Of a stretch of DNA of 64,000 nucleotides, positions 19,871-30,276 are shown piece by piece. The stretch is from Candidatus Ghiorseimicrobium undicola. Its GTDB lineage: Bacteria; Omnitrophota; Gorgyraeia; Ghiorseimicrobiales; Ghiorseimicrobiaceae. The position numbers and the translations under genes were made by a program. Numbering within the stretch: the first letter of the stretch is position 1; every line of letters begins with the position of its first letter. The DNA lies in NCBI GenBank assembly GCA_002796125.1, contig PCWA01000109.1, positions 1,347-65,346 on the forward strand, written 5' to 3'. The notes beneath the pieces were generated by a model. It saw nothing but the letters and a program-made list of their open reading frames with translations. It was not told the DNA's origin and did not search any database.

Positions 19871-20258
19871 AATTTTTGGACAAACCTAATCTGTACAGGA
19901 AAGCTCCAAACCCTGCTCCAACGGCATCAGCCAAAATATCATAGAAACTAAACTCGCGGTTTGGAACTAATAACTGATGCAGCTCATCTGAGACGCCATA
20001 AAAAGCCAGAGCTGACACGACCCATATATAATACTTTAAAATAGTGGCTTTTGGAAAAGATTTAAGGAAAGCGCGCGAATATAAAATACCGAATGCAGCA
20101 TACTCAAAAATATGTAATATTTTATCAAAAGAGTAAATGGGCGGGGTTCTTAACGCGCAAGGCATGGAGGACAACAAAAATACGAAAGCCGCATAAATGA
20201 TTACCGACAACCAATGCGTCAGAAATATATTTGAGTTTTTTTGCAATGTATTAGCCAA
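19833..20258 (-). CDS. VanZ-like family membrane protein
   Basis: 141 aa; SDELHQLLVPNREFSFYDILADAVGAGFG VanZ motif; 38-bp overlap with the DUF1015 gene. Confidence 0.65.
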   Translation of the reverse strand: MANTLQKNSNIFLTHWLSVIIYAAFVFLLSSMPCALRTPPIYSFDKILHIFEYAAFGILYSRAFLKSFPKATILKYYIWVVSALAFYGVSDELHQLLVPNREFSFYDILADAVGAGFGAFLYRLGLSKNYGRYKTIQSDCL

Positions 20259-20349
20259 TTTATATTATTTTTGATTCTTGCCTAACTCGCGCAATAATAT
20301 ATCAAATAATCTCTTTAAAAATATAAGTCTGAATAAAATTTAATATGCT

Positions 20350-20619
20350 CTATTTTTGCATCTTAGGGCACTCTTTGCTGCCGCACGTACTGCCACTGGC
20401 CGGGCAAATATTTTCTTCCTGCTTGCTGCTGCGGCCTTTAGCTTTATAGTCTGTGGCATAAAAACCAGAACCTTTAAATATTATGCCTGCCCCGGCCCCT
20501 ATTAACCTTTTTACTGCTTTGCCGCATTTAGGGCACTTTTTCAGCGGGACAGCATTCATAGTCTGAAATGCCTCAAATTTATATTTGCACTTCAAACACT
20601 CATATTCATATGTAGGCAT
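20350..20619 (-). CDS. FmdB family zinc-ribbon protein
   Basis: 89 aa; MPTYEYECLKCKYKFE...CPKCG zinc ribbon. Confidence 0.75.
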   Translation of the reverse strand: MPTYEYECLKCKYKFEAFQTMNAVPLKKCPKCGKAVKRLIGAGAGIIFKGSGFYATDYKAKGRSSKQEENICPASGSTCGSKECPKMQK

Positions 20620-20697
20620 TTTACCTCACTTTATTTGGCAGTTTACAGTTAACGGTTAACGGCTTTTGCTATAAACTCTACACTGTTCATTGTAAAC

Positions 20698-21840
20698 TCA
20701 TTTAAACGCTTTTTTTATTTTCTCCGTAAAAGACGTTCCACTTGCGGCGTCTTCACCTGTAATTCTGGCGAATTCTTCCATTAACTTTTTCTGTTCTGAA
20801 TTTAACGACACCGGTATTTCTACCTGTATTTTTACCAGCTGGTCACCCTTGGCATAGCTATGTAAATCAACTACGCCTTTTCCGCGTAGACGGAAGATTT
20901 TACCCGGCTGAGTACCCGGCGGAATTTTCATACTTACGCGCCCATCCAGAGTAGGCACTTCTATTTCCGCTCCCAATACCGCCTTAGGCATACTAATCGC
21001 AACTTCACAAATTATATCATTGCCCTGACGGACAAATTTATCATGCCCCGATACATTGATTATTATATATAAATCGCCTTTTACGCTTCTACCCTGTTCG
21101 CCTTCCCCTTTTAAACGCAGATGCGAACCGGTTTCTACCCCCGCCGGTATTTTCACTTCCAGGCTGCGCTTTTTTTTCACTCTTCCCTGTCCATTACATT
21201 CAGGACAAAAAGATGTTATTATGGTACCTTCTCCGCGGCACTTCGGGCAGGTCTGGCTCATCCTAAAAAATCCACCGCTGACAAGTATCTGGCCTTGCCC
21301 TTTACACTGAGAACAGGTTTTTCTTTTTGTGCCCGGTTTCGCTCCGCTGCCGGCACATACAGCACAACTCTCATACCTGGGGACTGTTATGGATTTAGTT
21401 GCGCCAAAGGCCGCCTCTTCTAACGAAATATCCAGCTGCAGCTGTAAATCCCTGCCCCTGCCGGAAGTACGCCCACGAGAAGAAGCGCCGAAAATATCAA
21501 ATCCGAAATCACCGAAAATATTACCGAATACGCTCTCGAGATCCGCTCCGCCAAAAATACTACTGAAATCCGCACCGCGGAAGATATCTTCTGCTGAATA
21601 CTTCTGATCAATGCCTGCATGCCCATACTGGTCATAAAGCGCTCTTTTTTTCTCATCAGATAAAACAGCATAAGCTTCGGAAACTTCCTTGAATTCCTCT
21701 TCTGCTTCTTTTTTTTTCTCAGAAGCCACTCTATCCGGATGATATCTTAAAGCAAGTTTACGATATGCTTTTTTAATTTCATCGGCATTAGCTGTTTTAT
21801 TTATTCCTAATATCTCGTAGTAATCGCGCTTGGCAGACAT
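20698..21840 (-). CDS. dnaJ: Molecular chaperone DnaJ
   Basis: 380 aa; J-domain HPD, G/F region, four CxxCxGxG repeats. Confidence 0.95.
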   Translation of the reverse strand: MSAKRDYYEILGINKTANADEIKKAYRKLALRYHPDRVASEKKKEAEEEFKEVSEAYAVLSDEKKRALYDQYGHAGIDQKYSAEDIFRGADFSSIFGGADLESVFGNIFGDFGFDIFGASSRGRTSGRGRDLQLQLDISLEEAAFGATKSITVPRYESCAVCAGSGAKPGTKRKTCSQCKGQGQILVSGGFFRMSQTCPKCRGEGTIITSFCPECNGQGRVKKKRSLEVKIPAGVETGSHLRLKGEGEQGRSVKGDLYIIINVSGHDKFVRQGNDIICEVAISMPKAVLGAEIEVPTLDGRVSMKIPPGTQPGKIFRLRGKGVVDLHSYAKGDQLVKIQVEIPVSLNSEQKKLMEEFARITGEDAASGTSFTEKIKKAFK

Positions 21841-21926
21841 TTTATCTTCGAATTAATCGAGAGCAACCAGATAGCAGCAACCAGTAACCGAATAAACTAT
21901 CCTGGTTCCCGGCAACTGGCTTCTGA

Positions 21927-23840
21927 TTACTTCTTATCATCTTCTTCCTTATATTCGGCATCTATTATATCTTCTTTTTCCCTGCCTTTAGAATTATCTT
22001 CGCCGGCTGCTCCAGCCGAAGCAGCGCCTTCTCCCGAAGCGCCCTGCGCCTGAGATGCCTGCTGCTTCTTAGCCGCTTCTTTATAAATTTCTTCCGCAAG
22101 TTTATGAGATGCCTTGGTCAATTCTTCCATTCCTTTTTTAATCGCTTCGCTATCCTTACCATCCAGCGCCTTGCGCAGAGAATCAGCTTTTTTCTGTATT
22201 TCTTCTTTTTCTCCTTTGGAAACCTTGTCTCCATATTCCTTAAGCGACTTCTCGGTGCTGTAAAGCAAAGCATCCGCCTGATTATGTACCTCTACCTCTG
22301 CTTTTCGTTTTTCATCTTCGGCAGAAAACTTTTCAGCTTCCTTAACCATTTTTTCTATCTCTTCCTTGGAAAGTTTTTTAGGCGCTGAAATACGCATGGA
22401 TTGCTCTTTACCGGTACCTAAATCTTTAGCGCCTACATGCACTATTCCATTGGCATCGATATCAAAACTCACCTCTATTTGCGGCACGCCTCTGGGTGCT
22501 GCCGGTATGCCAATTAAATCAAACCTCCCCAGCTCAACATTATCATTAGCCATCTGACGTTCGCCCTGCAAAACGCGTATAGTAACAGCTGTCTGATTAT
22601 CGGCCGCGGTTGAAAATATCTGGCTCTTCCGGGTAGGAATGGTGGTATTTCTTTCTATAAGCTTCGTGCACACGGCTCCCAATGTCTCTATCCCCAGAGA
22701 AAGCGGCGTCACATCTAAAAGTAAAACCTCCTTGGCTTCTCCTCTAATTATCGCTGCCTGTACCGCAGCCCCCATTGCTACGCATTCCATAGGATCTATG
22801 CCGCGCTCTATTTTTTTGCCCACATAATCCTCCACAAATTTCTGCACTATAGGCATGCGCGTAGGGCCGCCGACTAAAATTACTTTTGCCACATCCTTAA
22901 CTGTCAATTTAGCATCAGAAACAGCCAGCTCCACAGGATGCTGGCAACGCTCAATTATCGGGGCAACTAATTCTTCAAGTTTGGCCCTGTTTATTGACAT
23001 TGTAAGATGCTTGGGGCCGCTGGCATCAGCGGTAATAAAAGGAAGGTTTATATCGGTAGATACGGTACTGGATAATTCAACCTTGGCTTTTTCCGCCGCC
23101 TCGCGCAATCTTTGCATAGCCATCTTATCTTTGCGTAAATCTATGCCGTTCTCGCGCTTAAACTGTTCGGCTATAAAATCTATCAAGATATTATCCATGT
23201 CTGTACCACCCAGCTGTGTGTCTCCGGAAGTAGATAGCACCTCAAATGTAGCAGCTTTATGCTCTTCATCCCAGCCCATTTCCAGGATTGTTACGTCTAA
23301 AGTACCGCCGCCAAAGTCAAAAACCATAATCTTTTGTTCTTTGCCGGCCTTATCCAAGCCATAAGCAAGACAAGCGGCAGTCGGCTCATTTATAATACGC
23401 AGGACCTTTAAACCGGCTATTTCTCCGGCATCTTTCGTCGCCTGCCGCTGGTTATCGTCAAAATAAGCCGGGCATGTAATAACGACTTCTTCTATCTTAT
23501 CTCCCAAATATGCCTCGGCATCCTTTTTTATTTTTTGCAGAATAAAAGCTGATATCTGCTGTGGGGTATATTCTTTGCCGTGTACCTTAAACTTATGGTC
23601 AGTACCCATCTTGCGTTTGGCGGCATATATAGTTGCTTCCGGATTAACAGAGGCCTGCCTTCTGGCCGGTTCCCCAACCAAAAGTTGATCATCTTTTGTA
23701 AAAGCCACAAAAGAAGGAAAAGCCTTGCCTGAAGCAACCCCCGCGCCTTCCGCCGAAGGAATAATTACCGGCCTTCCGGCTTCCATTGTCGCGGCTGCGG
23801 AATTTGATGTACCTAAATCAATACCAATAACTTTTGCCAT
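21927..23840 (-). CDS. dnaK: Molecular chaperone DnaK (Hsp70)
   Basis: 637 aa; [18 protein letters not shown]. Confidence 0.97.
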   Translation of the reverse strand: MAKVIGIDLGTSNSAAATMEAGRPVIIPSAEGAGVASGKAFPSFVAFTKDDQLLVGEPARRQASVNPEATIYAAKRKMGTDHKFKVHGKEYTPQQISAFILQKIKKDAEAYLGDKIEEVVITCPAYFDDNQRQATKDAGEIAGLKVLRIINEPTAACLAYGLDKAGKEQKIMVFDFGGGTLDVTILEMGWDEEHKAATFEVLSTSGDTQLGGTDMDNILIDFIAEQFKRENGIDLRKDKMAMQRLREAAEKAKVELSSTVSTDINLPFITADASGPKHLTMSINRAKLEELVAPIIERCQHPVELAVSDAKLTVKDVAKVILVGGPTRMPIVQKFVEDYVGKKIERGIDPMECVAMGAAVQAAIIRGEAKEVLLLDVTPLSLGIETLGAVCTKLIERNTTIPTRKSQIFSTAADNQTAVTIRVLQGERQMANDNVELGRFDLIGIPAAPRGVPQIEVSFDIDANGIVHVGAKDLGTGKEQSMRISAPKKLSKEEIEKMVKEAEKFSAEDEKRKAEVEVHNQADALLYSTEKSLKEYGDKVSKGEKEEIQKKADSLRKALDGKDSEAIKKGMEELTKASHKLAEEIYKEAAKKQQASQAQGASGEGAASAGAAGEDNSKGREKEDIIDAEYKEEDDKK

Positions 23841-23901
23841 TTTTCTCCCTCCCTAAAATAATAAACTGCCGCAAAAAAATACCGCGGCAGAATCCGTTGT
23901 T

Positions 23902-24498
23902 TTAAATACCGCCGGACTTTTTAGAAACTTTAACCTTTGACGTACGGATAACCCTTCCGTTTAAAAAATATCCTTTTTGTAATTCTTCAACAATCGTATG
24001 CTCAGGCAAATTATTGTTTTCAATATGAAGCAAGGCCTCATGCAGTTGAGGGTCGAAAAGCTTGCCCTCTGTATCAATCGGGCTCAAACCGCGTTTTTTC
24101 ATGATTTCATAGAAATGCCCAAGCACAAGTTCTATGCCCTTCAAAAAAGCAAGCGGGTCATTCTTGTTTTGTTCGGCCAGACAAACAGACCTTTCCAGAT
24201 CATCCAAAACTACAAGCAGTTCCGCGATCAAAGCTTCATTGGCGAATTTTATAAAATCCTGCTTTTCTTTTTCCATGCGTTTTTTTATATTTTCGAATTC
24301 CGCCTGCGCACGCAACAGTTTATCCCAATTTTCAACTGCTTTTTTCGCTTCGCTGTTCAAAACTTCATATTCATCCTTCGGGATAGATATCATTGCCTTA
24401 TTATCCTGATGCTCCTGCCGGAGATTATTCTTATGGCTTGTTTCTTTGCGCCCGTTTTTTTCGCCAGAAATAGATTGTTCTTTTTTTTCTTCGCTCAT
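23902..24498 (-). CDS. grpE: Nucleotide exchange factor GrpE
   Basis: 198 aa; coiled-coil plus GrpE C-terminal domain. Confidence 0.85.
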   Translation of the reverse strand: MSEEKKEQSISGEKNGRKETSHKNNLRQEHQDNKAMISIPKDEYEVLNSEAKKAVENWDKLLRAQAEFENIKKRMEKEKQDFIKFANEALIAELLVVLDDLERSVCLAEQNKNDPLAFLKGIELVLGHFYEIMKKRGLSPIDTEGKLFDPQLHEALLHIENNNLPEHTIVEELQKGYFLNGRVIRTSKVKVSKKSGGI

Positions 24499-24516
24499 TT
24501 GTTTAATTTTATATGG

Positions 24517-25266
24517 TTAAAATTCGGTTAAAAGATCGCTTAATAGGCCTGATATATATTCTATGGCAGGGATTACCTTTGCATATTCCATACGCGTGGG
24601 GCCCAATATTGCAATGCGGCCTTGCGGCCTCTTATTCACACTATATTCCGATATAATAAGCGTACAGCCTTCAATGTCGTCAAAAGGCAGCTCTCTGCCT
24701 ATATAAAGTTTAAACTTTTCATTCAAATCGCTGTTTATGAGCTCAAGAAGCCGCTTCTTTTCCTCTAGAAGATTTACCAATAATTTTATCCGCCTTAAAT
24801 CTTTAAACTCCGGCTGATTTAATATCAACCCCATACCTTTATAGTAAATTCTATCTTTACTGTCGGTAAAAGATACTATGCCTGTGCAGCTGCTTAAAGA
24901 TGAAAGTATATCCGAGGTTTTTTCTAATAAACTTTCCAGTTCCTTCTTGCTGGTATCGTACTCATGAAGCACTTTTTCTTTTTCCGCCTGAAGCATATCA
25001 ATTTCACATAATAGATTGTCAACATAAAAACGATAACCCTTATCTGTAGGGATACGGCCGCTTGAAGTGTGCGTATGGGCAAGAAAACCAAACTCTTCCA
25101 ATTCAGACATTACATTGCGTATAGTCGCGCTGCTGCAATTAAAATCCCTGGCCAAAAGTTCAGAACTTACTGCGCAAGCATTGGTTATATAAAAATCTAC
25201 CGCCGCGGCAAGTACCTGATTTTTTCTTTTTTCATAATCTATTGATTTTACCATAGTTAGCTCCAA
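24517..25266 (-). CDS. hrcA: Heat-inducible transcription repressor HrcA (short form)
   Basis: 249 aa; N-terminal wHTH, position upstream of grpE-dnaK-dnaJ, CIRCE operator upstream. Confidence 0.8.
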   Translation of the reverse strand: MELTMVKSIDYEKRKNQVLAAAVDFYITNACAVSSELLARDFNCSSATIRNVMSELEEFGFLAHTHTSSGRIPTDKGYRFYVDNLLCEIDMLQAEKEKVLHEYDTSKKELESLLEKTSDILSSLSSCTGIVSFTDSKDRIYYKGMGLILNQPEFKDLRRIKLLVNLLEEKKRLLELINSDLNEKFKLYIGRELPFDDIEGCTLIISEYSVNKRPQGRIAILGPTRMEYAKVIPAIEYISGLLSDLLTEF

Positions 25267-25323
25267 CTAGGAGAAAAAAATAAGCAACGCACCCTAGGCC
25301 AACAAAGGCCAGGGAGATCTAAA

Positions 25324-25350
25324 ATTAGCACTCTTGTTATGAGAATGCTA
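25324..25350. promoter_or_regulatory. CIRCE operator (HrcA binding site)
   Basis: TTAGCACTC-N9-GAATGCTAA, one mismatch from the consensus TTAGCACTC-N9-GAGTGCTAA; 58 bp upstream of the hrcA start. A putative TTGACA-N16-TAAACT sigma-A promoter on the minus strand lies just upstream. Confidence 0.8.
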
Positions 25351-25468
25351 AAAAATTAGTTTAGCACAAATTTTTATTTTGTCAATATATAATACAGGCT
25401 GGATAATTACTCCGCTACGCGTGGCGGGATATATTAAAGACTGGTGATTTTAATCGCTAATAATGAAT

Positions 25469-28400
25469 TTAAATCTCGTTTTTTTCTAAAATAGGCATAA
25501 AGGCGTTAACGATTGCCGGGTCAAACTGTGAACCAGCGCCGTCTTTAATTATTTTAATGGCTTCATCTTTCGAATAAGCTTTACGGTATGGACGGTCAGA
25601 AATTAAAGCCTGGTAAACATCCGCTATAGCAATAATTCGCGCGCCCATCGGGATATCTTCGCCCCTTAATCCGCTGGGATAGCCGGTACCATCCCATTTT
25701 TCATGATGATACAGCATGAGCGGGATCATGCTGCGCAAAAAATGTACCGGCCGTATGATATCAACAGCGATCTGGGGGTGTTTTTTGATTTCTTCAAATT
25801 CTTCCCCTGAAAGCGGAGTCCTCTTAAGCAGGATTTTTTCGCTTATACCCACCTTGCCCAAATCATGAAGGGCCGCAGCCTGCCTTATCAAAACTATATC
25901 TTCCTTAGAAAGCATCAATGCCTTAGCAATACTATCGGCGTATTCTACGGTATTTTCCACATGCTCTCCGGTATAATGGTCTTTTAATTCTATCGTCTTG
26001 GCAAAAGCAAAAACCGCCTCCATCAAACTTTGATTAGTCTGCCGCGTAAGTTTATCCAATTTGCCCTTAAGAAAAGAAACGTCTTCTTCTACACTCTTAT
26101 CCATATAATTTTCTTTTTTATTTTTCAAAATATCTGCATGCGAATAAACCCTCCCCCCTCCGTCATATTTAGCCTTATCTAAAATCTTGTCTGCCAGCTC
26201 AACCAATTCCATGCCTTTTGCCGCCCTGTCTTCAGGATATGAAACAACCGACATACTTAATTTTAATCTTATAGAAGTATCATTATTGCCGAAATTATAC
26301 AGGGATATGGCATCCGATAGCCTTTGCGACAAATTAATAGCCGACGATACATCTATGCCGGGGCATATAATAACAAATTCTTCTCCGCCGAACCTTATAA
26401 TGATATCATAGCGCCGCACCATACGCTTAAGCTGGCGCGCAAATTGTTTCAATACCAAATCGCCAAATTCATGCCCATAGACTTTATTTATGGATTTAAA
26501 ATAATCTATATCCAGCATTATTACGGAAAGCGACTGCGTATAACGGTTAGCCCTGACAAATTCCGTCTCAATTACTTCCGCAAGGTAACGATGGTTATAT
26601 ACTCCCGTATGGTAATCTCTCAATACCAATTCATTCAGCCGCCTGCTTGATTTTATCAATTCCTTATTTATCTCTTTAAGTTTTCTTTCTGTATGTTTAC
26701 GCTCTGTTATATTAACAAATGATACCAATGTCTTGGCTAATGTCTGTTCATAGATAGGAGGAACTGACCATTTAACATAAACATCTATCTTATTACCTTT
26801 GAGCGTAAAGACAATCAATTCGCAATCAAAAACAGACTTACCCTCACCTATGGCAATCAGCTCTTCTTTAAACATGGTCAATGATTCTTCAGCCAGCGTC
26901 ATTTTCGGGTTTGAAATTAGGGTGTTTTTATCATCAGCCTCAAATAGAGTCAGCGCTGATTTATTGGCATCCAAAATCTTAACCATAGACATGCAATCAG
27001 TAATGGCATCCGGATTAGCTTCAAAATATGCGCGGAAATCAACAATCCCCTTTTTCTTTAGAAGATCTATAAATATTTTTATATTAGAGAAATCCTCCTC
27101 CAATAAAGCAACAGGAGAATCTTCGAATAAGGCATGGTAACGCCTGCTGCTTTCATGGAGCATGCCTTCTGATTTTTTTCTTTCGGATATATCTCTTATA
27201 ATGGCCAATATACTTTGCCTTTGATTAAGGACGATGTGCTTAAGGCTGATTTCCGCCCAAAACAGGCCTGCCTCTTTAGTCTTGCAGCGCCATTCAAACA
27301 CTTGTGGCTTACCGTCTATTGCTTCAGCAACAAAATTGTAAAGTTCTTTTTTGGAATAAGGCGGATAACCCAGGCTCAAATCGCAGATATCCATTTTTTT
27401 TATTTCCAGCTCAGAATAGGCGAAAATATCCAGCATCTTTTTATTAGCGTTTACTACTTTGGCGGACTTAATATCATAAATAACGATAATATCATTAGCG
27501 AAATTAAAAATATCGCTATAATTGGCCTCTGATTCACGCAAAGCTCTTTCAGCGTGTTTTCTGCGGGTAATATCCATAACCATCCCGGAGATCTCATCGT
27601 CTTCAAGAAGCGCATCAACAAGAATATGCTTGATTATTTTTGCCTCGGTTAAAATTTCCAACTCCAAGCCTTCAACCTTGCCTTTCATTTTAAGCAGCTG
27701 AATAAAAGCCTCATAATCATTTCTGCTTTTATAAAACCCGGCCATATTAAAATGCATTATTTTTTCCAAAGGCATAAAATCGAATATATCCGCCAGCGCC
27801 TTGTTCGCGTATAAAATATCTCCCTTTAAATTCGTTTTGTATATCCCGACTATGGCATTTTCGGTAAGGTCGCGGTATTTCTTTTCGGATAAATTCAGCG
27901 CCTCCTGAGCCTTCTTCTGTTTCGTTATGTCAAGGCAATATTCAATAATCTGCATAACCTTTCCTTTTTTGTCAAATATTGGATAGGCATGCACTTCAAC
28001 ATGCCTTGCCTCGCCTTTCTTATCGTAATGCACATGCTCAACCACCACCGGTTTTTTTGTCTTCTTAACTTCCTGCAATGTGCAGGGATATCCGTCTTTA
28101 AAACATGGCCGCCCGCTTTTATGTGTTATGCCGTAACAAGTAGACTTAGGGCTTAGTTCTCCAAGCTGCGCTGTGGAATTGGCTAATTTAATAGTATAAT
28201 CTTTGGCATCCACCACATAAAACGGATGAGAAAGCGATTCTATGGCACTGTATAAAAATTCCTTTTGATGAAGGATTTTATTTTCCTCCGCTTTGCGTGC
28301 CGTAATATCCTGCATTGTCTCTATTACATAAATGACCTTGCCGGATTTATCCTTCTTGGGCGTTGAGGTAAGATTGTATATCTTGCCATCGCTGCAAACT

Positions 28401-28723
28401 CCTGTTTCGGAAAAAGAAACCTTTCCTGTTTTAAAAGTTTTTATGGCCGGGCAATTATCGCAAATATTTTTCCTAGACTTAGAAAATAATAACTTATAAC
28501 AGACAGGATTAGCCTTTAATTTGACCTGGGGGAACCCCTCTTCAAAAACTTTATTAAACCAAACCAACTCCATCCGGGGATTTATTATGACAGCCCCCAT
28601 GTTTGAATCGTATAAAAGCTTACCCACCATTTTGCCTATTGATTTTTCCCTATTCATAAACATGGCTATGCCGGTTTTATGACTTTTAAAAACCTTTGTT
28701 TTTTTCTCTAAATTTTTACCCAT
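25469..28723 (-). CDS. Multidomain c-di-GMP signalling protein: several PAS domains + GGDEF + HD-GYP
   Basis: 1084 aa; GGEEF (IIRFGGEEFVIICPG) and HD-GYP signature HHEKWDGTGYP; Cys-cluster motifs in the N-terminal PAS domains. Confidence 0.85.
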   Translation of the reverse strand: MGKNLEKKTKVFKSHKTGIAMFMNREKSIGKMVGKLLYDSNMGAVIINPRMELVWFNKVFEEGFPQVKLKANPVCYKLLFSKSRKNICDNCPAIKTFKTGKVSFSETGVCSDGKIYNLTSTPKKDKSGKVIYVIETMQDITARKAEENKILHQKEFLYSAIESLSHPFYVVDAKDYTIKLANSTAQLGELSPKSTCYGITHKSGRPCFKDGYPCTLQEVKKTKKPVVVEHVHYDKKGEARHVEVHAYPIFDKKGKVMQIIEYCLDITKQKKAQEALNLSEKKYRDLTENAIVGIYKTNLKGDILYANKALADIFDFMPLEKIMHFNMAGFYKSRNDYEAFIQLLKMKGKVEGLELEILTEAKIIKHILVDALLEDDEISGMVMDITRRKHAERALRESEANYSDIFNFANDIIVIYDIKSAKVVNANKKMLDIFAYSELEIKKMDICDLSLGYPPYSKKELYNFVAEAIDGKPQVFEWRCKTKEAGLFWAEISLKHIVLNQRQSILAIIRDISERKKSEGMLHESSRRYHALFEDSPVALLEEDFSNIKIFIDLLKKKGIVDFRAYFEANPDAITDCMSMVKILDANKSALTLFEADDKNTLISNPKMTLAEESLTMFKEELIAIGEGKSVFDCELIVFTLKGNKIDVYVKWSVPPIYEQTLAKTLVSFVNITERKHTERKLKEINKELIKSSRRLNELVLRDYHTGVYNHRYLAEVIETEFVRANRYTQSLSVIMLDIDYFKSINKVYGHEFGDLVLKQFARQLKRMVRRYDIIIRFGGEEFVIICPGIDVSSAINLSQRLSDAISLYNFGNNDTSIRLKLSMSVVSYPEDRAAKGMELVELADKILDKAKYDGGGRVYSHADILKNKKENYMDKSVEEDVSFLKGKLDKLTRQTNQSLMEAVFAFAKTIELKDHYTGEHVENTVEYADSIAKALMLSKEDIVLIRQAAALHDLGKVGISEKILLKRTPLSGEEFEEIKKHPQIAVDIIRPVHFLRSMIPLMLYHHEKWDGTGYPSGLRGEDIPMGARIIAIADVYQALISDRPYRKAYSKDEAIKIIKDGAGSQFDPAIVNAFMPILEKNEI

Positions 28724-28747
28724 TTTTTTAATAGCGGAATCAAAAAC

Positions 28748-28784
28748 AAAGGCAGTTTTCTAACTTGAATAGAAAACTGCCTTT
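28748..28784 (-). terminator. Leader hairpin (intrinsic-terminator-like) in the 5' UTR of the PAS-GGDEF-HD-GYP gene
   Basis: Perfect 14-bp stem aaaggcagttttct / agaaaactgccttt with a 9-nt loop, followed on the minus strand by TGTTTTTG and then the ATG about 35 nt later. Confidence 0.5.
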
Positions 28785-28865
28785 TATGTATTTAAATTAT
28801 TTTGGTACCACGCTATGCCTATGATTAATATGCGCATCATGGCTCTTTTCTGTGGCTGGAATATA

Positions 28866-28894
28866 AGTATAACATATCAAATCAGATTTGTCAA
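28866..28894 (-). promoter_or_regulatory. Putative sigma-70 promoter for the PAS-GGDEF-HD-GYP gene
   Basis: Minus strand TTGACA (28889-28894) - 17 nt - TATACT (28866-28871); the -35 lies 17 bp from the IS left end. Confidence 0.5.
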
Positions 28895-28910
28895 TTGGTG
28901 ATGTAGCGGA

Positions 28911-30276
28911 GGTAGTATACTCAATTGTGTGTAAATTAGCTTTACAGCATTAATAAAAAGGCGTATCTTTCTGTTTGGAACATTATTAACCCAGGCCGGA
29001 CACGCCAATGTCTGCCTAACCAGAAAGGATACGCCATGCAATACGTTGTTACAGAACATAGTTTACGGCGCCGATGGGCAAGAGTCAATGAGTTTTTTCA
29101 ATGCACGCAGGAGAAAGACTTTTGGGTTGACATTAATCAGTACCTGCGCCGTATGGTTAAGGGCGTTATTGAAGTCAGCCTCGATGAGGAAATGATCCAA
29201 TACATGCAGACACAGCCTTATCAAAGAACTAATAAATCAAGCCGCTTAGATTACCGTAACGGATATTATCATCGCAATCTTGATACTACTTTCGGCCCGG
29301 TTGAACAAATTGCCATTCCCCGCTCAAGGCAGGGATTATTCAGGCCATCTGTTTTTGAACGTTATCAAAGACGGCAACAATCCGTTAATGATGTCGTCTG
29401 TAATGTATTCCTGCGCGGGATATCTACCAGGGATGTCGCGGAAGCATTAAAACCGCTGCTCAACACCACTCTTTCGGCTTCGGCAGTATCCAGAATTACC
29501 AAACGCTTGAACCCCATGGTTAAAGAATTCCATCAACGTAAACTGCTCGATGAATACCAGTTCTTGTTTTTAGACGGCATTACTATCTCGGTCAAAGGCT
29601 CGCTTAAGGCAAAGAAAATACTTGTCCTTGTGGCTTATGGAATAACCGTCTTCGGCAAAAAGGAACTTGTCGCCTTTAGAATCGCCAATGCCGAGTCTGC
29701 TTCTGCCTGTGAAAGCTTCCTTAATGATTTATTTAAGCGCGGGCTTGAAGGCAAAAACCTCAAGATGATTATTACCGACGGCTCCAAAGGCTTTATAGCC
29801 GCGATTGAACTTGTCTATCCGCATGCCCTGCATCAACGCTGCTGGGTGCATAAACTGCGTAATGCCACCAAGCGCCTTAAAAAAACGGATATCAAACCTT
29901 TTAAGGCGGAGGCGCGCAAGATTTATAACGCCTCTACTCATAGAAAGGCCGTAGCCGCCTTCAAAACATTAAGGAATCATTGGAAAGGCATCGCGCCTGA
30001 GGCGGTTAATTGCCTTGAGCGCGACATAGACGAGCTTTTAGCCTTCTTGACTATTCCTATTAAAGAACAATACCGTGCTTTTATCCGCCGGCAGATTCGC
30101 ACTACCAACATCATCGAGCGCTCATTCCGCGAAGTCAGGCGTAGGACTAGGCCGATGGGTTGTTTTACTAATTACGACAGCGTATCACGTATTATTTACG
30201 CGATTTTTAACCGTCTAAACTCCAAATGGCAAGAGAAGCCTTTAGAACAATTTACACAATTTATTTGACATTACCT
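28911..30276 (+). mobile_element. IS256-family insertion sequence (1366 bp) with 8-bp target site duplication GTAGCGGA
   Basis: Direct repeats gtagcgga at 28903-28910 and 30277-30284. Imperfect terminal IRs ggtagtatactcaattgtgtgtaaatt / (reverse complement) aggtaatgtcaaataaattgtgtaaatt. Encodes a mutator/IS256-type transposase. Confidence 0.85.
29036..30268 (+). CDS. IS256 family transposase
   Basis: 410 aa; Transposase_mut-type core (FLFLDGITISVKG...VLVAYGITVFGKKE), typical length. Confidence 0.85.
   Translation: MQYVVTEHSLRRRWARVNEFFQCTQEKDFWVDINQYLRRMVKGVIEVSLDEEMIQYMQTQPYQRTNKSSRLDYRNGYYHRNLDTTFGPVEQIAIPRSRQGLFRPSVFERYQRRQQSVNDVVCNVFLRGISTRDVAEALKPLLNTTLSASAVSRITKRLNPMVKEFHQRKLLDEYQFLFLDGITISVKGSLKAKKILVLVAYGITVFGKKELVAFRIANAESASACESFLNDLFKRGLEGKNLKMIITDGSKGFIAAIELVYPHALHQRCWVHKLRNATKRLKKTDIKPFKAEARKIYNASTHRKAVAAFKTLRNHWKGIAPEAVNCLERDIDELLAFLTIPIKEQYRAFIRRQIRTTNIIERSFREVRRRTRPMGCFTNYDSVSRIIYAIFNRLNSKWQEKPLEQFTQFI

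Noticed and set aside
22855-23364. 169-aa plus-strand ORF antisense within dnaK, and similar antisense ORFs inside secY, rpsE, fusA and rpoC
   Set aside because: They are fully embedded antisense to highly conserved genes, as is typical of long antisense frames. There is no independent support.
28724-28900. c-di-GMP (GEMM) riboswitch upstream of the PAS-GGDEF-HD-GYP gene
   Set aside because: The context is right (a c-di-GMP enzyme gene with a terminator hairpin leader), but I could not find the conserved GEMM-I or GEMM-II sequence features. I therefore report it only as a generic attenuator-like leader.
28877-29059. 60-aa minus-strand ORF spanning the IS left end
   Set aside because: It crosses the IS terminal inverted repeat and target duplication and has no RBS or recognisable product. 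Spurious.
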